From Gemmatimonadales bacterium (GTDB lineage Bacteria; Gemmatimonadota; Gemmatimonadetes; Gemmatimonadales; Gemmatimonadaceae): DNA of 64,000 nt. Below, piece by piece: positions 1 through 9,290 of this stretch. The DNA is taken from the NCBI GenBank assembly GCA_038203945.1, contig JBBRDJ010000004.1, positions 77 through 64,076 on the forward strand, given 5' to 3'. How positions within the stretch are numbered: position 1 is the first letter of the stretch; each line of letters begins with the position of its first letter. The position numbers and the translations under genes are program-made. The notes under the pieces are model-generated. The model saw only the letters and a list, made by a program, of their open reading frames with translations, made no database searches and was not told where the DNA came from.

Positions 1-128
1 GACACAGTAACGGCAACTGCTGGGAATGAAACGAATCGTGTCGCACGTACGTCGCTTTTTCCCCCAATCCGTTGCGGTTCCTCTCTGCGCTTCTGCGTCT
101 CTGCGGTAGAAGCGGTTTACGCTAAGCA
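1..128 (+). repeat. Partial copy (cut by the window edge) of the family-A structured intergenic repeat found 3x at 31894-32399
   Basis: Bases about 10-128 align by eye with the central and right part of the 31.9-32.4 kb units (ggaatg..atcgtgtcgcacgt..ccgtt.., then ttctgcgtctctgcggt.gaagcggtt). It lies just 3' of the minus-strand DedA gene. Confidence 0.6.
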
Positions 129-159
129 GTGCAACCAAAAGGCGCACACGGGCGCGCAA

Positions 160-936
160 TCAGTCCGGTTGGTTGACGTTCGTGTCGCGAATGCTGCGGC
201 GCGATGTGTTGTCTGGCGCATCGACGCGTGACGCCATGGCGCGTTTACTCTCGCGTTCCCGTGCACGTACATTCTCGCGCTCACTCGCCGCCGCCCGCCG
301 CGCGATACGGCGTTCGCGGCGTCGCCACAACCAGACACCGACAAACAGAATCATGGCCGCACCAACGGCGGTAATCACGCCTTCCACGCGCTCCAACCGG
401 CCCAACATCTGTTCGGCGGCTTCGCCGGCGGCCACGCCAACCAGTGCGTAGGTGACCGTCCACGCCAGCGAACCGATGAGCGAAATGGGTAGATACATGC
501 GCAGCGGTACCTGCGCCGCACCGCAGGCCATGGGTAGCAGAATGCGTCCACCAAACAGAAAACGCACCAGAAATGACGCGCGCGCGGGATTGCGCTTCAC
601 AACACGCAGCGTGACTGTGCCGGCTGATCGTGTGGACGGGAATCGGCGGCGCAGCCAGTCCCACTTGAGTCGGCCGGCTACGTAAAGCAGCGAGGTGGCC
701 GCCCAACCGCCGAGCGTGATGGCCAGAATCACGCGTGTCAGGCGCAGTTGTCCCTCCTGCGCGGCAATCCCGCCGAATATCGGCGCCAGCTCCGACACGA
801 GTACCGTCGACGCGCCGAGGCCAAGATATGTCGAGAACTGATCCTGGACCGACGCAATGGCCTCCAGCATTCCTTCCGCGCTGGGAACGACCAGCAGCGC
901 TGCGGCAGTCAACAACAACGAACGAGTCAGCAACAC
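160..936 (-). CDS. DedA family (SNARE-associated) inner membrane protein
   Basis: 258-aa ORF, multi-TM. It has a DedA-like signature region (FLVRFLFGGRILLPMACGAAQVP) and a highly basic C-terminal tail. Confidence 0.8.
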   Translation of the reverse strand: MLLTRSLLLTAAALLVVPSAEGMLEAIASVQDQFSTYLGLGASTVLVSELAPIFGGIAAQEGQLRLTRVILAITLGGWAATSLLYVAGRLKWDWLRRRFPSTRSAGTVTLRVVKRNPARASFLVRFLFGGRILLPMACGAAQVPLRMYLPISLIGSLAWTVTYALVGVAAGEAAEQMLGRLERVEGVITAVGAAMILFVGVWLWRRRERRIARRAAASERENVRARERESKRAMASRVDAPDNTSRRSIRDTNVNQPD

Positions 937-979
937 ATCCGCCTGGAGATCAATCCCGATAATCAGAAATAGAGAAACT

Positions 980-1012
980 GAGGGCGTCGAATCCGACCGG
1001 ATCGACGCCCTC
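980..1012 (-). terminator. Probable intrinsic terminator of the RND efflux operon
   Basis: Perfect 11-bp inverted repeat gagggcgtcga/tcgacgccctc with further pairing inside the loop. It starts 11 nt after the RND stop. On the minus strand it is followed by agtttctctatttctgatt (U-rich). Confidence 0.6.
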
Positions 1013-1022
1013 CAATGCTAAC

Positions 1023-4000
1023 TCAGTCGCCGATGCTCGGCACCGGCTCGCCCATGCCGCCCCTCGCCCGCTGCTGCCCGGACTGCGGTGGCGTGAGCCC
1101 CACCAGGCGCATCACACGGGTGCGCATGATGTCCAGCAACTCGTACACCGTTGGCACCACAACGAGCGTCAGGACGGTGGAGGTGATCACGCCGCCAATC
1201 ACCGCAATACCCAATGGTGAGCGGAACTGCGCACCCTCACCCGTTCCCAGCGCAATCGGCACCATGCCCGCCACGATCGCGAAGGTTGTCATGAGGATGG
1301 GGCGCAACCGGATAGCGCCCGCTTCAATAAGCGCTTCACGCAGTGGCAACCCCTGCTCTTCACGCGCCGTCTTGGCAAAGTCGATGAGCAGAATGGCGTT
1401 CTTGGCCACGATACCGGCCAGCAAAATCACGCCGATCATGCTCATGATGTTGATGGTGGAACCGGTGATCGCCAACGCGCCCATGACGCCAATCAACGAC
1501 AGCGGCAACGAAACCAAAATCGCGATCGGATCGAGGAACGATCCGAACTGCACCACCAAAATGAGATACATGAGGCCAACCGCGATGCCCAGCGCAATAA
1601 AAATGCTGCCGAAGACTTCCGCCTGTTGCTCAACCTGACCGCCTTCGCTGTACGTCACGCCGGGTGGAATAGGGATGTTGGCCGTGGCCGTATTGATGTC
1701 GGCGAGTACTTCGGTAAGTGAGCGTCCAGCCGTGTTGGCCTGCACCGTGATCACCGCATCGCGATCCAGGTGATTGATGATGGCGGGCCCCAGTGAAGGC
1801 GTGATTTGCGCGACTTGCCCAAGCGGCACGATTTGCTGTGAACCCGGCAAGCCCACGGAAATCGGGACCTGTTCAAGGTCAGAGGCGCGCGCACGCGCCT
1901 CTTCGCTGAAGCGTACGCGCACATCGCGCGTTTCGCCGCTGGGATCCACCCAATTGCCCACCTCGATACCGGCAAACGCCGGACGAAGCGACTGCGAGAC
2001 CGCGCCCACCGTGAGACCGAGCGAGCCGGCCAAACCGCGATCAACAGTCACGTCCAGTTCGGGCTTCTGACCGCGGGTTGACAAGCCGACGTCAACCGCA
2101 TTCGGCACCTGACGAACGGCCGCGAGAAACTGCTCGGCCACCGGCTGCAGCTGTGCCAGATCCTGTCCACGCAACTGTAACTGAATCTGTTTTTCCGCAC
2201 CCGAAAAATCGTTGGTAAACACGGAAACATCGGCGCCGGCAATGCGCTCGACTTCGAAGCGGACTTCATTACCGATGTCTTCTGCGCTGCGATCACGCGT
2301 GCCCTTGGGCGTAAGCCGGAAGTACAAATTGGCCTTGTCTACTGCACCGGAGCCATCGCCCACCGAGGCGAACGTGTATTCCACCTCCGGCTGCGCTGAG
2401 GCAATCGCCAGCGCTTCGCTCACCTTGAGGCGCATATAATCCAGATTGGCCCCCGGCGGTGTCTCCACCGCCATGTTGAGTTCACTGCGGTCATCCACGG
2501 GGAAAAAGCCACCGCCCACGATGCCAGTCGCTGGCATGGCGAGCGCCGCGACAAACGTCACCAACGCCAGACCAACCATCGATTTCGGATGATCCAACGC
2601 CCATGCAATGACAACGCGATAGCGCTGCGCCAACCCGTTGAACCAATTGTTGAAGCCATCCAGCTTGCGCGTGATCCACGCCTTCTTCTCTTCGGGAACA
2701 TGCGGGTCGGGCCAGTACGCCGACAGCATGGGGTCAAGCGAAAAGGACACGAAAAGCGACACCAGCACCGAACAGGCAATGGTGAGAGCGAGCGGCTTGA
2801 ACCACTGTCCTGCTTCACCATACAGAAACGCGATCGGAATGAAGACGGCCACGATGGCAAACGTGGTAGCCGTCACCGCCAGTCCGATTTCGGCGGTACC
2901 TTCACGCGCGGCGGTGTAGTGATCCTTGCCCATCTCCACGTGTCGCACAATATTTTCTCGCACCACAATGGCATCGTCAATGAGAATGCCAATGGCCAGC
3001 GACAAGCCGAGCAACGACATCGTGTTGAGCGTGAAGCCGAACGCCCAGACAGCCACAAAGCTGGCGAGCACCGATACCGGCAAGGCCAAACCGGTGATCA
3101 CCGTGGAACGCCACGAGTTCAGAAAAACAAACACCACCAGCACCGTGAGCACCGCACCTTCGATCAGCGTTTGCTGCACGTTCTTTACGGAGCTGGCAAC
3201 GCGAATGCCCGAGTTTTTAACAACCTGAATCTGCACGCCGTCAGGCAGCGTGGGCAGCAGCTCATCCACCTTGGCAATGAGGTCTTCGGCCACGGCGGTG
3301 GTGGAGTAGCCTTTGGTTTTGGTGATCTCGATACCAACGGCGTCCTTGCCATTGTAGAGCGCCAATGTGCGCGGTTCTTCGGTGCCATCTTTGACGATGG
3401 CCACATCACCCAGTCGCACCAACCGGCCGTCGCTCTGGCTGACCACCATCTGCGCGAAATCAGCCGGACTCTCAAGGCGACCCTTGAGTCGAATGGTGCG
3501 CTCGTCAAGTGAACCACCAATGCGTCCCACCGGCACCGCCAGGTTCTGCGACTGCAGCGCCTGCACGACTTGCGGGACGGTCACGCCAGCCGACTGCAGG
3601 CGCATCGGATCGAGTTCAATGGTCAGCTCGCGCTTTTGTCCACCAGTGACCTGCACATTGGCTACGCCGGCCACAGAACGCAGCTCACGTGTAATACCCG
3701 GATCCGCCAGTCGCGTGAGCTGCGCGGGTGTGAAGGCATCAGACCAGACCGCCAGCGTAACAATTGGCCGATCGGCCGGATCGAATCGTCGGTAGAGTGG
3801 CTCTTCAATTTCCGCCGGCAAGTCCTGACGCTTGGCACCGATGGCGTCGCGAATATCCTGCGTGGCCACCTGCAGATCTTTTTCGAAGACAAACGTCGTG
3901 ATGATCTGCGCAAAGCCGTCGCGCGCCTCACTCGCAATCTTGTCGACGCCGGAAATACCCTGAATGGCTTCTTCAATCGGATCGAGCACTTCGCGTTCCA

Positions 4001-4175
4001 CCTGATCCGGCGACGCGCCCGGATAGATGATGGTGGTCAGCACGACGGGCGGCTGCACGTCGGGAAACTCGTCCGTTTCCAACTGCAGCAGCGCCACACC
4101 GCCGAACGCGACCAACGACAACATGGTCACCACGGTGAGCAGTGGACGCTTGATCGCGTAATCTGAAATAAACAT
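1023..4175 (-). CDS. RND family efflux transporter, inner-membrane permease (AcrB/HAE1-like)
   Basis: 1050 aa. N-terminus MFISDYAIKRPLL is typical of RND pumps. Two large periplasmic loops and 12-TM organisation are visible in the translation. Confidence 0.95.
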   Translation of the reverse strand: MFISDYAIKRPLLTVVTMLSLVAFGGVALLQLETDEFPDVQPPVVLTTIIYPGASPDQVEREVLDPIEEAIQGISGVDKIASEARDGFAQIITTFVFEKDLQVATQDIRDAIGAKRQDLPAEIEEPLYRRFDPADRPIVTLAVWSDAFTPAQLTRLADPGITRELRSVAGVANVQVTGGQKRELTIELDPMRLQSAGVTVPQVVQALQSQNLAVPVGRIGGSLDERTIRLKGRLESPADFAQMVVSQSDGRLVRLGDVAIVKDGTEEPRTLALYNGKDAVGIEITKTKGYSTTAVAEDLIAKVDELLPTLPDGVQIQVVKNSGIRVASSVKNVQQTLIEGAVLTVLVVFVFLNSWRSTVITGLALPVSVLASFVAVWAFGFTLNTMSLLGLSLAIGILIDDAIVVRENIVRHVEMGKDHYTAAREGTAEIGLAVTATTFAIVAVFIPIAFLYGEAGQWFKPLALTIACSVLVSLFVSFSLDPMLSAYWPDPHVPEEKKAWITRKLDGFNNWFNGLAQRYRVVIAWALDHPKSMVGLALVTFVAALAMPATGIVGGGFFPVDDRSELNMAVETPPGANLDYMRLKVSEALAIASAQPEVEYTFASVGDGSGAVDKANLYFRLTPKGTRDRSAEDIGNEVRFEVERIAGADVSVFTNDFSGAEKQIQLQLRGQDLAQLQPVAEQFLAAVRQVPNAVDVGLSTRGQKPELDVTVDRGLAGSLGLTVGAVSQSLRPAFAGIEVGNWVDPSGETRDVRVRFSEEARARASDLEQVPISVGLPGSQQIVPLGQVAQITPSLGPAIINHLDRDAVITVQANTAGRSLTEVLADINTATANIPIPPGVTYSEGGQVEQQAEVFGSIFIALGIAVGLMYLILVVQFGSFLDPIAILVSLPLSLIGVMGALAITGSTINIMSMIGVILLAGIVAKNAILLIDFAKTAREEQGLPLREALIEAGAIRLRPILMTTFAIVAGMVPIALGTGEGAQFRSPLGIAVIGGVITSTVLTLVVVPTVYELLDIMRTRVMRLVGLTPPQSGQQRARGGMGEPVPSIGD

Positions 4176-4260
4176 CTGAACGAGCCTCTCTACAGGGATG
4201 CAATGTCAGGCCGCCTGAGCCAACGGCCGTAAGTCGTGCGGTGCGATCTCGCGATCGGGC

Positions 4261-4308
4261 GGTGCTGCGGTGCTGCGGTGCTGCGGTGCTGCGGTGCTGT
4301 GGTGCGAT
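4261..4308. repeat. 8-bp tandem repeat (GGTGCTGC) x6 in the MFP-RND intergenic spacer
   Basis: ggtgctgc x4, then ggtgctgt and ggtgcgat, read directly. The unit length is not a multiple of 3 and it lies between two operon genes. Confidence 0.9.
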
Positions 4309-4320
4309 GATGCAGTGTGC

Positions 4321-5526
4321 CTATGAATCCGACGGCGATGCGGCTGGGCCACCGGCCGTCGGTGTTCCCATAACCGCAGGAGCGGCGCCCGGTGCCGTGA
4401 CACGCGAAGTATCACCGGGCGTGCTCACGCGCACGTTCGAACCCGCAGAGATCGCACGCGCCGCGCCGAGCAACAGCGTGTCTCCGGCACTGACACCCGA
4501 CAGCAACTCGAGTCGCTCACGGGCCCCGTCACGCACGCCCAGGGTGACATCCACTCGCTCCACCACGCCGCCGCGCAAGCGCACGACAAACGGCGTCACC
4601 GAGCGCTGGTCTACCGCCGTCTCCGGCACCACCACACCTTCGTGTGATTCCGTCGCCACACGACCTTCGGCGAACAGTCCACCAACCAGTGACCCGTTCT
4701 GATTCGGCAGCGTGGCAATGATGCGCACCTGTCGTGTCACGCGATCGGCCACCGGATTGACCTGACTGACGCGACCGGCGAACTCCCGACCCGGGTACCC
4801 GTTCACTACAAAGTCCACGCTTGCGCCAACGTTTATTCGGCCAACCGCTTCCGCGGGCACCGATCCTTCAAGCCGCAGGCTGGTGGGATCGACCACGGTA
4901 AACATTTCAGTACCGGGTGAGACGATGTCGCCACCATTGACCTGACGCTCGCTGACGACGCCGGCAAACGGTGACCGCACAATGGTGTTGCTCAGCTCCT
5001 TCTCACGCGAGGCCAATCGCGCCTTGGCGTCCGCCAACCCGGCGCCGGCCTGCAGCGCGGCTCGTTCGGCCGTTTCGACATCACGCGTGGCAATCGCACC
5101 AGCGGCCACCAACGTACGCGCACGTTCCAGTTCACGATCGGCCTGCGTAGCCGTGAGTTCGGCCGTGGTCAGGCTGGACCGTGCCGACAATACATCATCG
5201 GCGATGCTGGCATCTTCAATACGCGCCAACACCATGCCTGCGCTCACGCGCTGACCGGCCTCGACCAGCGTGCCCAGCACACGGCCCGAGACCTCAGCGC
5301 GCAATCGTGCCTCGCGCGTAGGCACCAGCGCTCCGGTGAGCAACGGACCGCCAATGATGCTGTCGGTTTGTGCAACGAAAATATTTTCCGGTCCGATCTG
5401 CTGCGTGACTGGTGCGGTATCTGATGCCGTGGCGTCCTTGCCGCCACAGGAGACCACCAACGCTGACAATGCGAGCACTGCAACCGCCGACTGAGGCGTT
5501 CGTACTCGCGCTACTCGAAAACTCAT
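4321..5526 (-). CDS. RND efflux membrane fusion protein (periplasmic adaptor, HlyD family)
   Basis: The supplied ORF (to 5862) was trimmed to the ATG at 5524-5526 (MSFRVARV...LVVSCGG, lipoprotein-like signal). It has coiled-coil plus beta-barrel adaptor-like sequence. An ATGA overlap joins it to the upstream OMF stop. Confidence 0.9.
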   Translation of the reverse strand: MSFRVARVRTPQSAVAVLALSALVVSCGGKDATASDTAPVTQQIGPENIFVAQTDSIIGGPLLTGALVPTREARLRAEVSGRVLGTLVEAGQRVSAGMVLARIEDASIADDVLSARSSLTTAELTATQADRELERARTLVAAGAIATRDVETAERAALQAGAGLADAKARLASREKELSNTIVRSPFAGVVSERQVNGGDIVSPGTEMFTVVDPTSLRLEGSVPAEAVGRINVGASVDFVVNGYPGREFAGRVSQVNPVADRVTRQVRIIATLPNQNGSLVGGLFAEGRVATESHEGVVVPETAVDQRSVTPFVVRLRGGVVERVDVTLGVRDGARERLELLSGVSAGDTLLLGAARAISAGSNVRVSTPGDTSRVTAPGAAPAVMGTPTAGGPAASPSDS

Positions 5527-7229
5527 GGGGTATTGCCTCCGACCGGCGCACCGGGCTGGGTGAAGCCACCGGGTGCACCGGCGGACTGGGGCTGACGTGG
5601 TGTGGACTGGGCGCCGGCTGGTGATGCAGTCATCACCCCACCCGCCACCGCTTGGGACAACGGCAAATCGCGCAGCAGGGCAATGCGCACTCGTGAGACT
5701 TGCAGGTCGCGCGCCGCTTGTGCGCGGTTGGCGAGCGCTTGCTGCAACTGGACCCGTGACTCGGACAACTCGATTTGCGTGGAGATCCCTTCGGTGTATC
5801 GAACTTCCGCAATGTCGAAACCGCGCTGTGCCTGCTCCGCCGTGCCCACACTGGCCAGCCACGCCGATTGCGCCGTTTCAAACTGCGTCACCACCTGCTG
5901 TACATCGAACTCGGCGGCTTCCCGCGTTTGCTGCAGTCGCAGCCGAGCTTCCAGCACCGCAGCTTCGGCCGCCAGTATTTCACCCTTCACGCGACCACCG
6001 GTAAACAGCGGTATCGACGCACCGAGACTGATCGACCAGTTGGGAAAGAAATCGTTGAGCGCGACCGGCAGTCCGTTATCCGGATACGCAAAGCGCTGGT
6101 AGAGCGTACTCACCGAGATTTGCGGCCACCGGGATGCGCGCGTGGACTTGAGCTGCTCCTGGGCTGCGCTTACGCCCAACGAAGCCTGCTTTACCGGCAA
6201 CCGCTGGTCTACCAGCGTGTCGGCATTGAGCAGCACCGCGTTGACCGCATCGCGCACCCGCGGGTCGGCCACAATGACTTCGTCGCGCGACACATTGAGC
6301 GACGTTGGCCCGGGCGTCGTGCTGGCCACCGACGCGGGCGCTTCCTGAATCGGACTGGTGAGATTGAGTGGCTCATCGAGCGGCAAGTCGAGTAACTGCT
6401 TGAGGCGCAGATATGCCAGATCACGTTGCGCGCGCGTCTGCAGGTACTGCGGACGCTGGTTGTCACGCGTGACGCGTGCCCGGATGAGTTCAAACTCGCT
6501 CGTATTGCCCACCTCAAACGTGAGCTGTACCTGACGCGCCGTGCGCTCGGATTGCACGAGCGACGACTCGGCGATGGCCACCAGTCGCTCACCAAGCACC
6601 GCGTTGTAGTACGCCTCGGTGACGTCGAGTTGTGTCTGGGCCTGCGCTGCGTTCACGCCGAGGTCGGACGACTCGCGTCCGTAGCGCGCTGCGTTGATAC
6701 CGGCGCGGGCGCGACCGCCCGTGAAGATCGGTTGCGTGGCCTGCAGCGTCCCGGTCACCGTGTAGGGCGACGCAAAAATCCGCGTAATGGGATTCTCTGC
6801 CGCCGCGTCACCACCGCCGCCATCCCCCCCCCCAGTGTCAGGAGCCGCGAAACGTTCGGTGATAGCCTGAAACTGGTTCTGCAGCTGACGCTGATAGTTG
6901 AAACTGGCATTGACCTGAGGCAGAATCGCGCTGCGTGCCTGTAACTGCTGCCCACGAGCGCGATCAACGCCGGCCTGCGCCAGACCGATGCCCTCGCTGG
7001 TGCCCGAGGCAATCGCGAGAGCTTCGACAAGCGACAGTGCACGCGGTGTGACCGACGATGCGGCGGACGCCCCGCTCGGCATGCTGCCTTGCGCTGTCAG
7101 AGTACGGGTGAAGGGGGTCGTGCCGCACACGACGAGCGCGCTCAGCATGGCCGCCCGCACCGCGCAGGCGCGGTGGACGGTTGCGCAACGTTTCAGCCGT
7201 GGCCAGATATGGGACATGGTCAAACTCAT
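5523..7229 (-). CDS. Outer membrane efflux protein (TolC/OprM family)
   Basis: 568 aa with two repeated alpha-helical/beta OEP-like halves (LSLVEALAIA.., QLDVTEAYY.., RVRIALLRDLP). The start ATG overlaps the TetR stop (ATGA at 7226-7229). Later in-frame ATGs at 7217 and 7148 are possible starts. Confidence 0.88.
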   Translation of the reverse strand: MSLTMSHIWPRLKRCATVHRACAVRAAMLSALVVCGTTPFTRTLTAQGSMPSGASAASSVTPRALSLVEALAIASGTSEGIGLAQAGVDRARGQQLQARSAILPQVNASFNYQRQLQNQFQAITERFAAPDTGGGDGGGGDAAAENPITRIFASPYTVTGTLQATQPIFTGGRARAGINAARYGRESSDLGVNAAQAQTQLDVTEAYYNAVLGERLVAIAESSLVQSERTARQVQLTFEVGNTSEFELIRARVTRDNQRPQYLQTRAQRDLAYLRLKQLLDLPLDEPLNLTSPIQEAPASVASTTPGPTSLNVSRDEVIVADPRVRDAVNAVLLNADTLVDQRLPVKQASLGVSAAQEQLKSTRASRWPQISVSTLYQRFAYPDNGLPVALNDFFPNWSISLGASIPLFTGGRVKGEILAAEAAVLEARLRLQQTREAAEFDVQQVVTQFETAQSAWLASVGTAEQAQRGFDIAEVRYTEGISTQIELSESRVQLQQALANRAQAARDLQVSRVRIALLRDLPLSQAVAGGVMTASPAGAQSTPRQPQSAGAPGGFTQPGAPVGGNTP

Positions 7230-7921
7230 TCAGTAGTGGATTGGGATGGCGCGTTCGGCGCCTTCCGGGAGGAGACGCGTGCCACCGTCGTGTCGGGTAC
7301 GGGGCGGGTCGGCCTGACCGGCTGGTGAGGGCGGAAGCCGATGGAGCGCAGGAACACACGCACATATGCACCGGCTGCTTTGGACTGCGGGCCGGGAAAC
7401 ATTTCGGGCATCATCGGTCGGCTGATGGCGTCTATGAAAGTGGCGTTCATGAGCATGGAGACGGCAGCATTGAGTTCAAGTGGCTTGAGCCCCGTACCAG
7501 ACCCCGTGTCGAGCAAGCCGCCGCGTCGCAGTCGCACGACGTAATCACGCAACTGATTGGACGCGTCCACCGGCTCATGGCCGATACACGGTCCCATGTA
7601 GGGGCGTTCCTGCATCTCGCTCATGGCCTGCAGAATGAGCTGCCGCATGGTGCGCATGTACTCCATGCGTGCTTCCACCCACGTCGTGAGCTCGTGCTCC
7701 GGATGCGACGGCTTGCTGGACAAGGGCGGCACGTTCTCCGAAATTCCGCACTCGTGCGCGACGCAGTCGAGCAGCGCGCTCTTGGTGCCGAAATGACGGA
7801 ACACTGTGATCTCATTGACGCCGGCCTCTTCGGCAATGCGTCGGGTGGTCGCGCCGCGGTAGCCGTGCAGAGCGTACACACGGGCGGCGGCCTCAAGAAT
7901 CCGGGAGCGATTTTCTTGCAT
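7226..7921 (-). CDS. TetR family transcriptional regulator (first gene of the efflux operon)
   Basis: Trimmed to the ATG at 7919-7921 (MQENRSRILEAAARVYALHGYRGATTRRIAEEAGVNEITVFRHFGTKSALL, a classic TetR HTH). Confidence 0.9.
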   Translation of the reverse strand: MQENRSRILEAAARVYALHGYRGATTRRIAEEAGVNEITVFRHFGTKSALLDCVAHECGISENVPPLSSKPSHPEHELTTWVEARMEYMRTMRQLILQAMSEMQERPYMGPCIGHEPVDASNQLRDYVVRLRRGGLLDTGSGTGLKPLELNAAVSMLMNATFIDAISRPMMPEMFPGPQSKAAGAYVRVFLRSIGFRPHQPVRPTRPVPDTTVARVSSRKAPNAPSQSTTE

Positions 7922-7932
7922 TTCATATGTTA

Positions 7933-7968
7933 ATGCAAGTACATGCACACATGCAAGTAACAACTTGC
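7933..7968. promoter_or_regulatory. Candidate TetR operator / promoter region
   Basis: It lies immediately upstream of the TetR ATG. Direct repeat atgcaagta x2 (7933-7941, 7951-7959) plus perfect inverted repeat gcaagt-aaca-acttgc (7953-7968). Confidence 0.4.
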
Positions 7969-8215
7969 CTACCGCCCAGGCCGCCTGGCCATGCAGTCGC
8001 TGACTGGGGCGCACGGACGCGCTCAACCAAGGGTCGGAGCAGATTACGTGTAGCCGCGATCGTCGGACGAGGACCCCAGTAGGCAAGCAGCGTGTCCAGA
8101 TTCAACCTTCCGGCTATAAAATGCCCTGAGGCACTGTGGCCGCATGGCCTCGCCATTTTCGTACAGCAACAAAGAGAACCCCCCACCCCGCCGTGACCTT
8201 CTTCAACACCACTCC

Positions 8216-9253
8216 ATGACCTTCCCCACCATCCCCGCCCACATGCGCGCCGCCGTCATCACCGGACCCGGCGGGCCGGACGTCCTCTCGATCCAACAGC
8301 GCCCCACCCCCACCCCACAGGCTTGGGAGGTCCTTATCCGCGTCATCGGATCAGCGCTCAACCGCGCTGATTTGATCCAACGCGCGGGCGGTTACCCCGC
8401 GCCACCCGGCGTGCCGGCCGACATTCCAGGCCTTGAGTACGCGGGCATCGTCGCCAGCTGCGGGCCGTTGCTCTCCCAATGGACCCCCGGCGACCGCGTC
8501 TTCGGCCTCGTCCCAGGCGGCGCGCACGCGGAATATCTGATCACGGACAGCCGCACCCTGGCGCGCGTCCCCGACACGCTCGACCTCTTCACCGCCGGCG
8601 CCCTCCCCGAAGCGTTCATCACAGCCCATGACGCGCTCCGGCAGGCGCAGTTTGTGCACGGCCAACGTGTGCTCATTCACGCCGTGGGCAGCGGGGTGGG
8701 ACTGGCCGCCGTGCAGCTCGTCCGCGCCTTGGGCGGCGTGCCTTACGGCACCGCACGTTCAGGCCCCAAACTCGATGCCGCGCGCGCCCTCGGCCTGGAA
8801 GAGGGATGGGTGCCCGACCGCGCCGACGACGGTGCACCGCGGTTTGCCGATCAGGTATCAGCGGCTACCCATGGCAAAGGGGTGGACGTGATCCTTGATC
8901 TGGTCGGCGGCGCGTACGTGGCCGAGGGCGTGCGATCGCTGGCCATGCACGGCCGGCTGGTGCTCATCGGACTACTGGCGGGACCGAGTGCCACGATTGA
9001 TTTACGGCGTGTCTTATCGCGCCGACTCACGCTGCGCGGCACGGTGCTCCGTGCACGTGCCCTTGAAGAACGCATCGAATTCACCGATGCCTTTGTGCGC
9101 GACGTTGTTCCGCTGATTGCCGACGGACGCGTGCATGCGGTGATCGAGCGCAGCTATACGCTCGATGAAATTGCCACCGCGCACGCCGAACTTGGACGCA
9201 ACGAGATCAAGGGCAAGCTGGCGTTGCGCATTGCGCCGGACGAGGTGCAGTAA
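8216..9253 (+). CDS. NAD(P)H:quinone oxidoreductase, zinc-independent MDR / PIG3-like family
   Basis: MRAAVITGPGGPDVLS..GSALNRADLIQRAGGYPAPPG..PGLEYAGIV, and the Rossmann motif HAVGSGVGLAAVQL. Start trimmed to the ATG at 8216; the ATG at 8144 is an alternative. Confidence 0.85.
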   Translation: MTFPTIPAHMRAAVITGPGGPDVLSIQQRPTPTPQAWEVLIRVIGSALNRADLIQRAGGYPAPPGVPADIPGLEYAGIVASCGPLLSQWTPGDRVFGLVPGGAHAEYLITDSRTLARVPDTLDLFTAGALPEAFITAHDALRQAQFVHGQRVLIHAVGSGVGLAAVQLVRALGGVPYGTARSGPKLDAARALGLEEGWVPDRADDGAPRFADQVSAATHGKGVDVILDLVGGAYVAEGVRSLAMHGRLVLIGLLAGPSATIDLRRVLSRRLTLRGTVLRARALEERIEFTDAFVRDVVPLIADGRVHAVIERSYTLDEIATAHAELGRNEIKGKLALRIAPDEVQ

Positions 9254-9290
9254 CGCGCGACCACACGCTTACGCCGAGCGCGCGGTCCGG

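Noticed and set aside
980-1012. A tRNA-like T-arm motif (gtcgaatcc) suggesting a tRNA gene.
   Set aside because: The surrounding sequence is a simple perfect hairpin. It has no acceptor, D or anticodon arms and fits a terminator instead.
2589-3512. Long alternative-frame and antisense ORFs inside well-supported genes. Examples: 2589-3512 (+) in the RND gene, 14668-15483 (-), 25509-26687 (-), 25937-27037 (-), 41833-43122 (-), 60322-61359 (-).
   Set aside because: Their translations are Arg/Pro/Gly/His-rich with no motifs, and they lie opposite or out of frame to genes with clear family signatures. This is the typical shadow-ORF artefact of stop-poor high-GC DNA.
4321-5862. N-terminal extensions of the supplied ORFs: MFP to 5862, TetR to 8086, LVIVD protein to 42617, GGT to 40068, DUF58 from 59270, CDP-alcohol PT from 27411, and permease 2 from 25203.
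   Set aside because: The extensions overlap neighbouring genes and read as low-complexity junk. Internal starts give proper signal peptides or domain beginnings, and often the ATGA/GTGA coupling typical of this locus.
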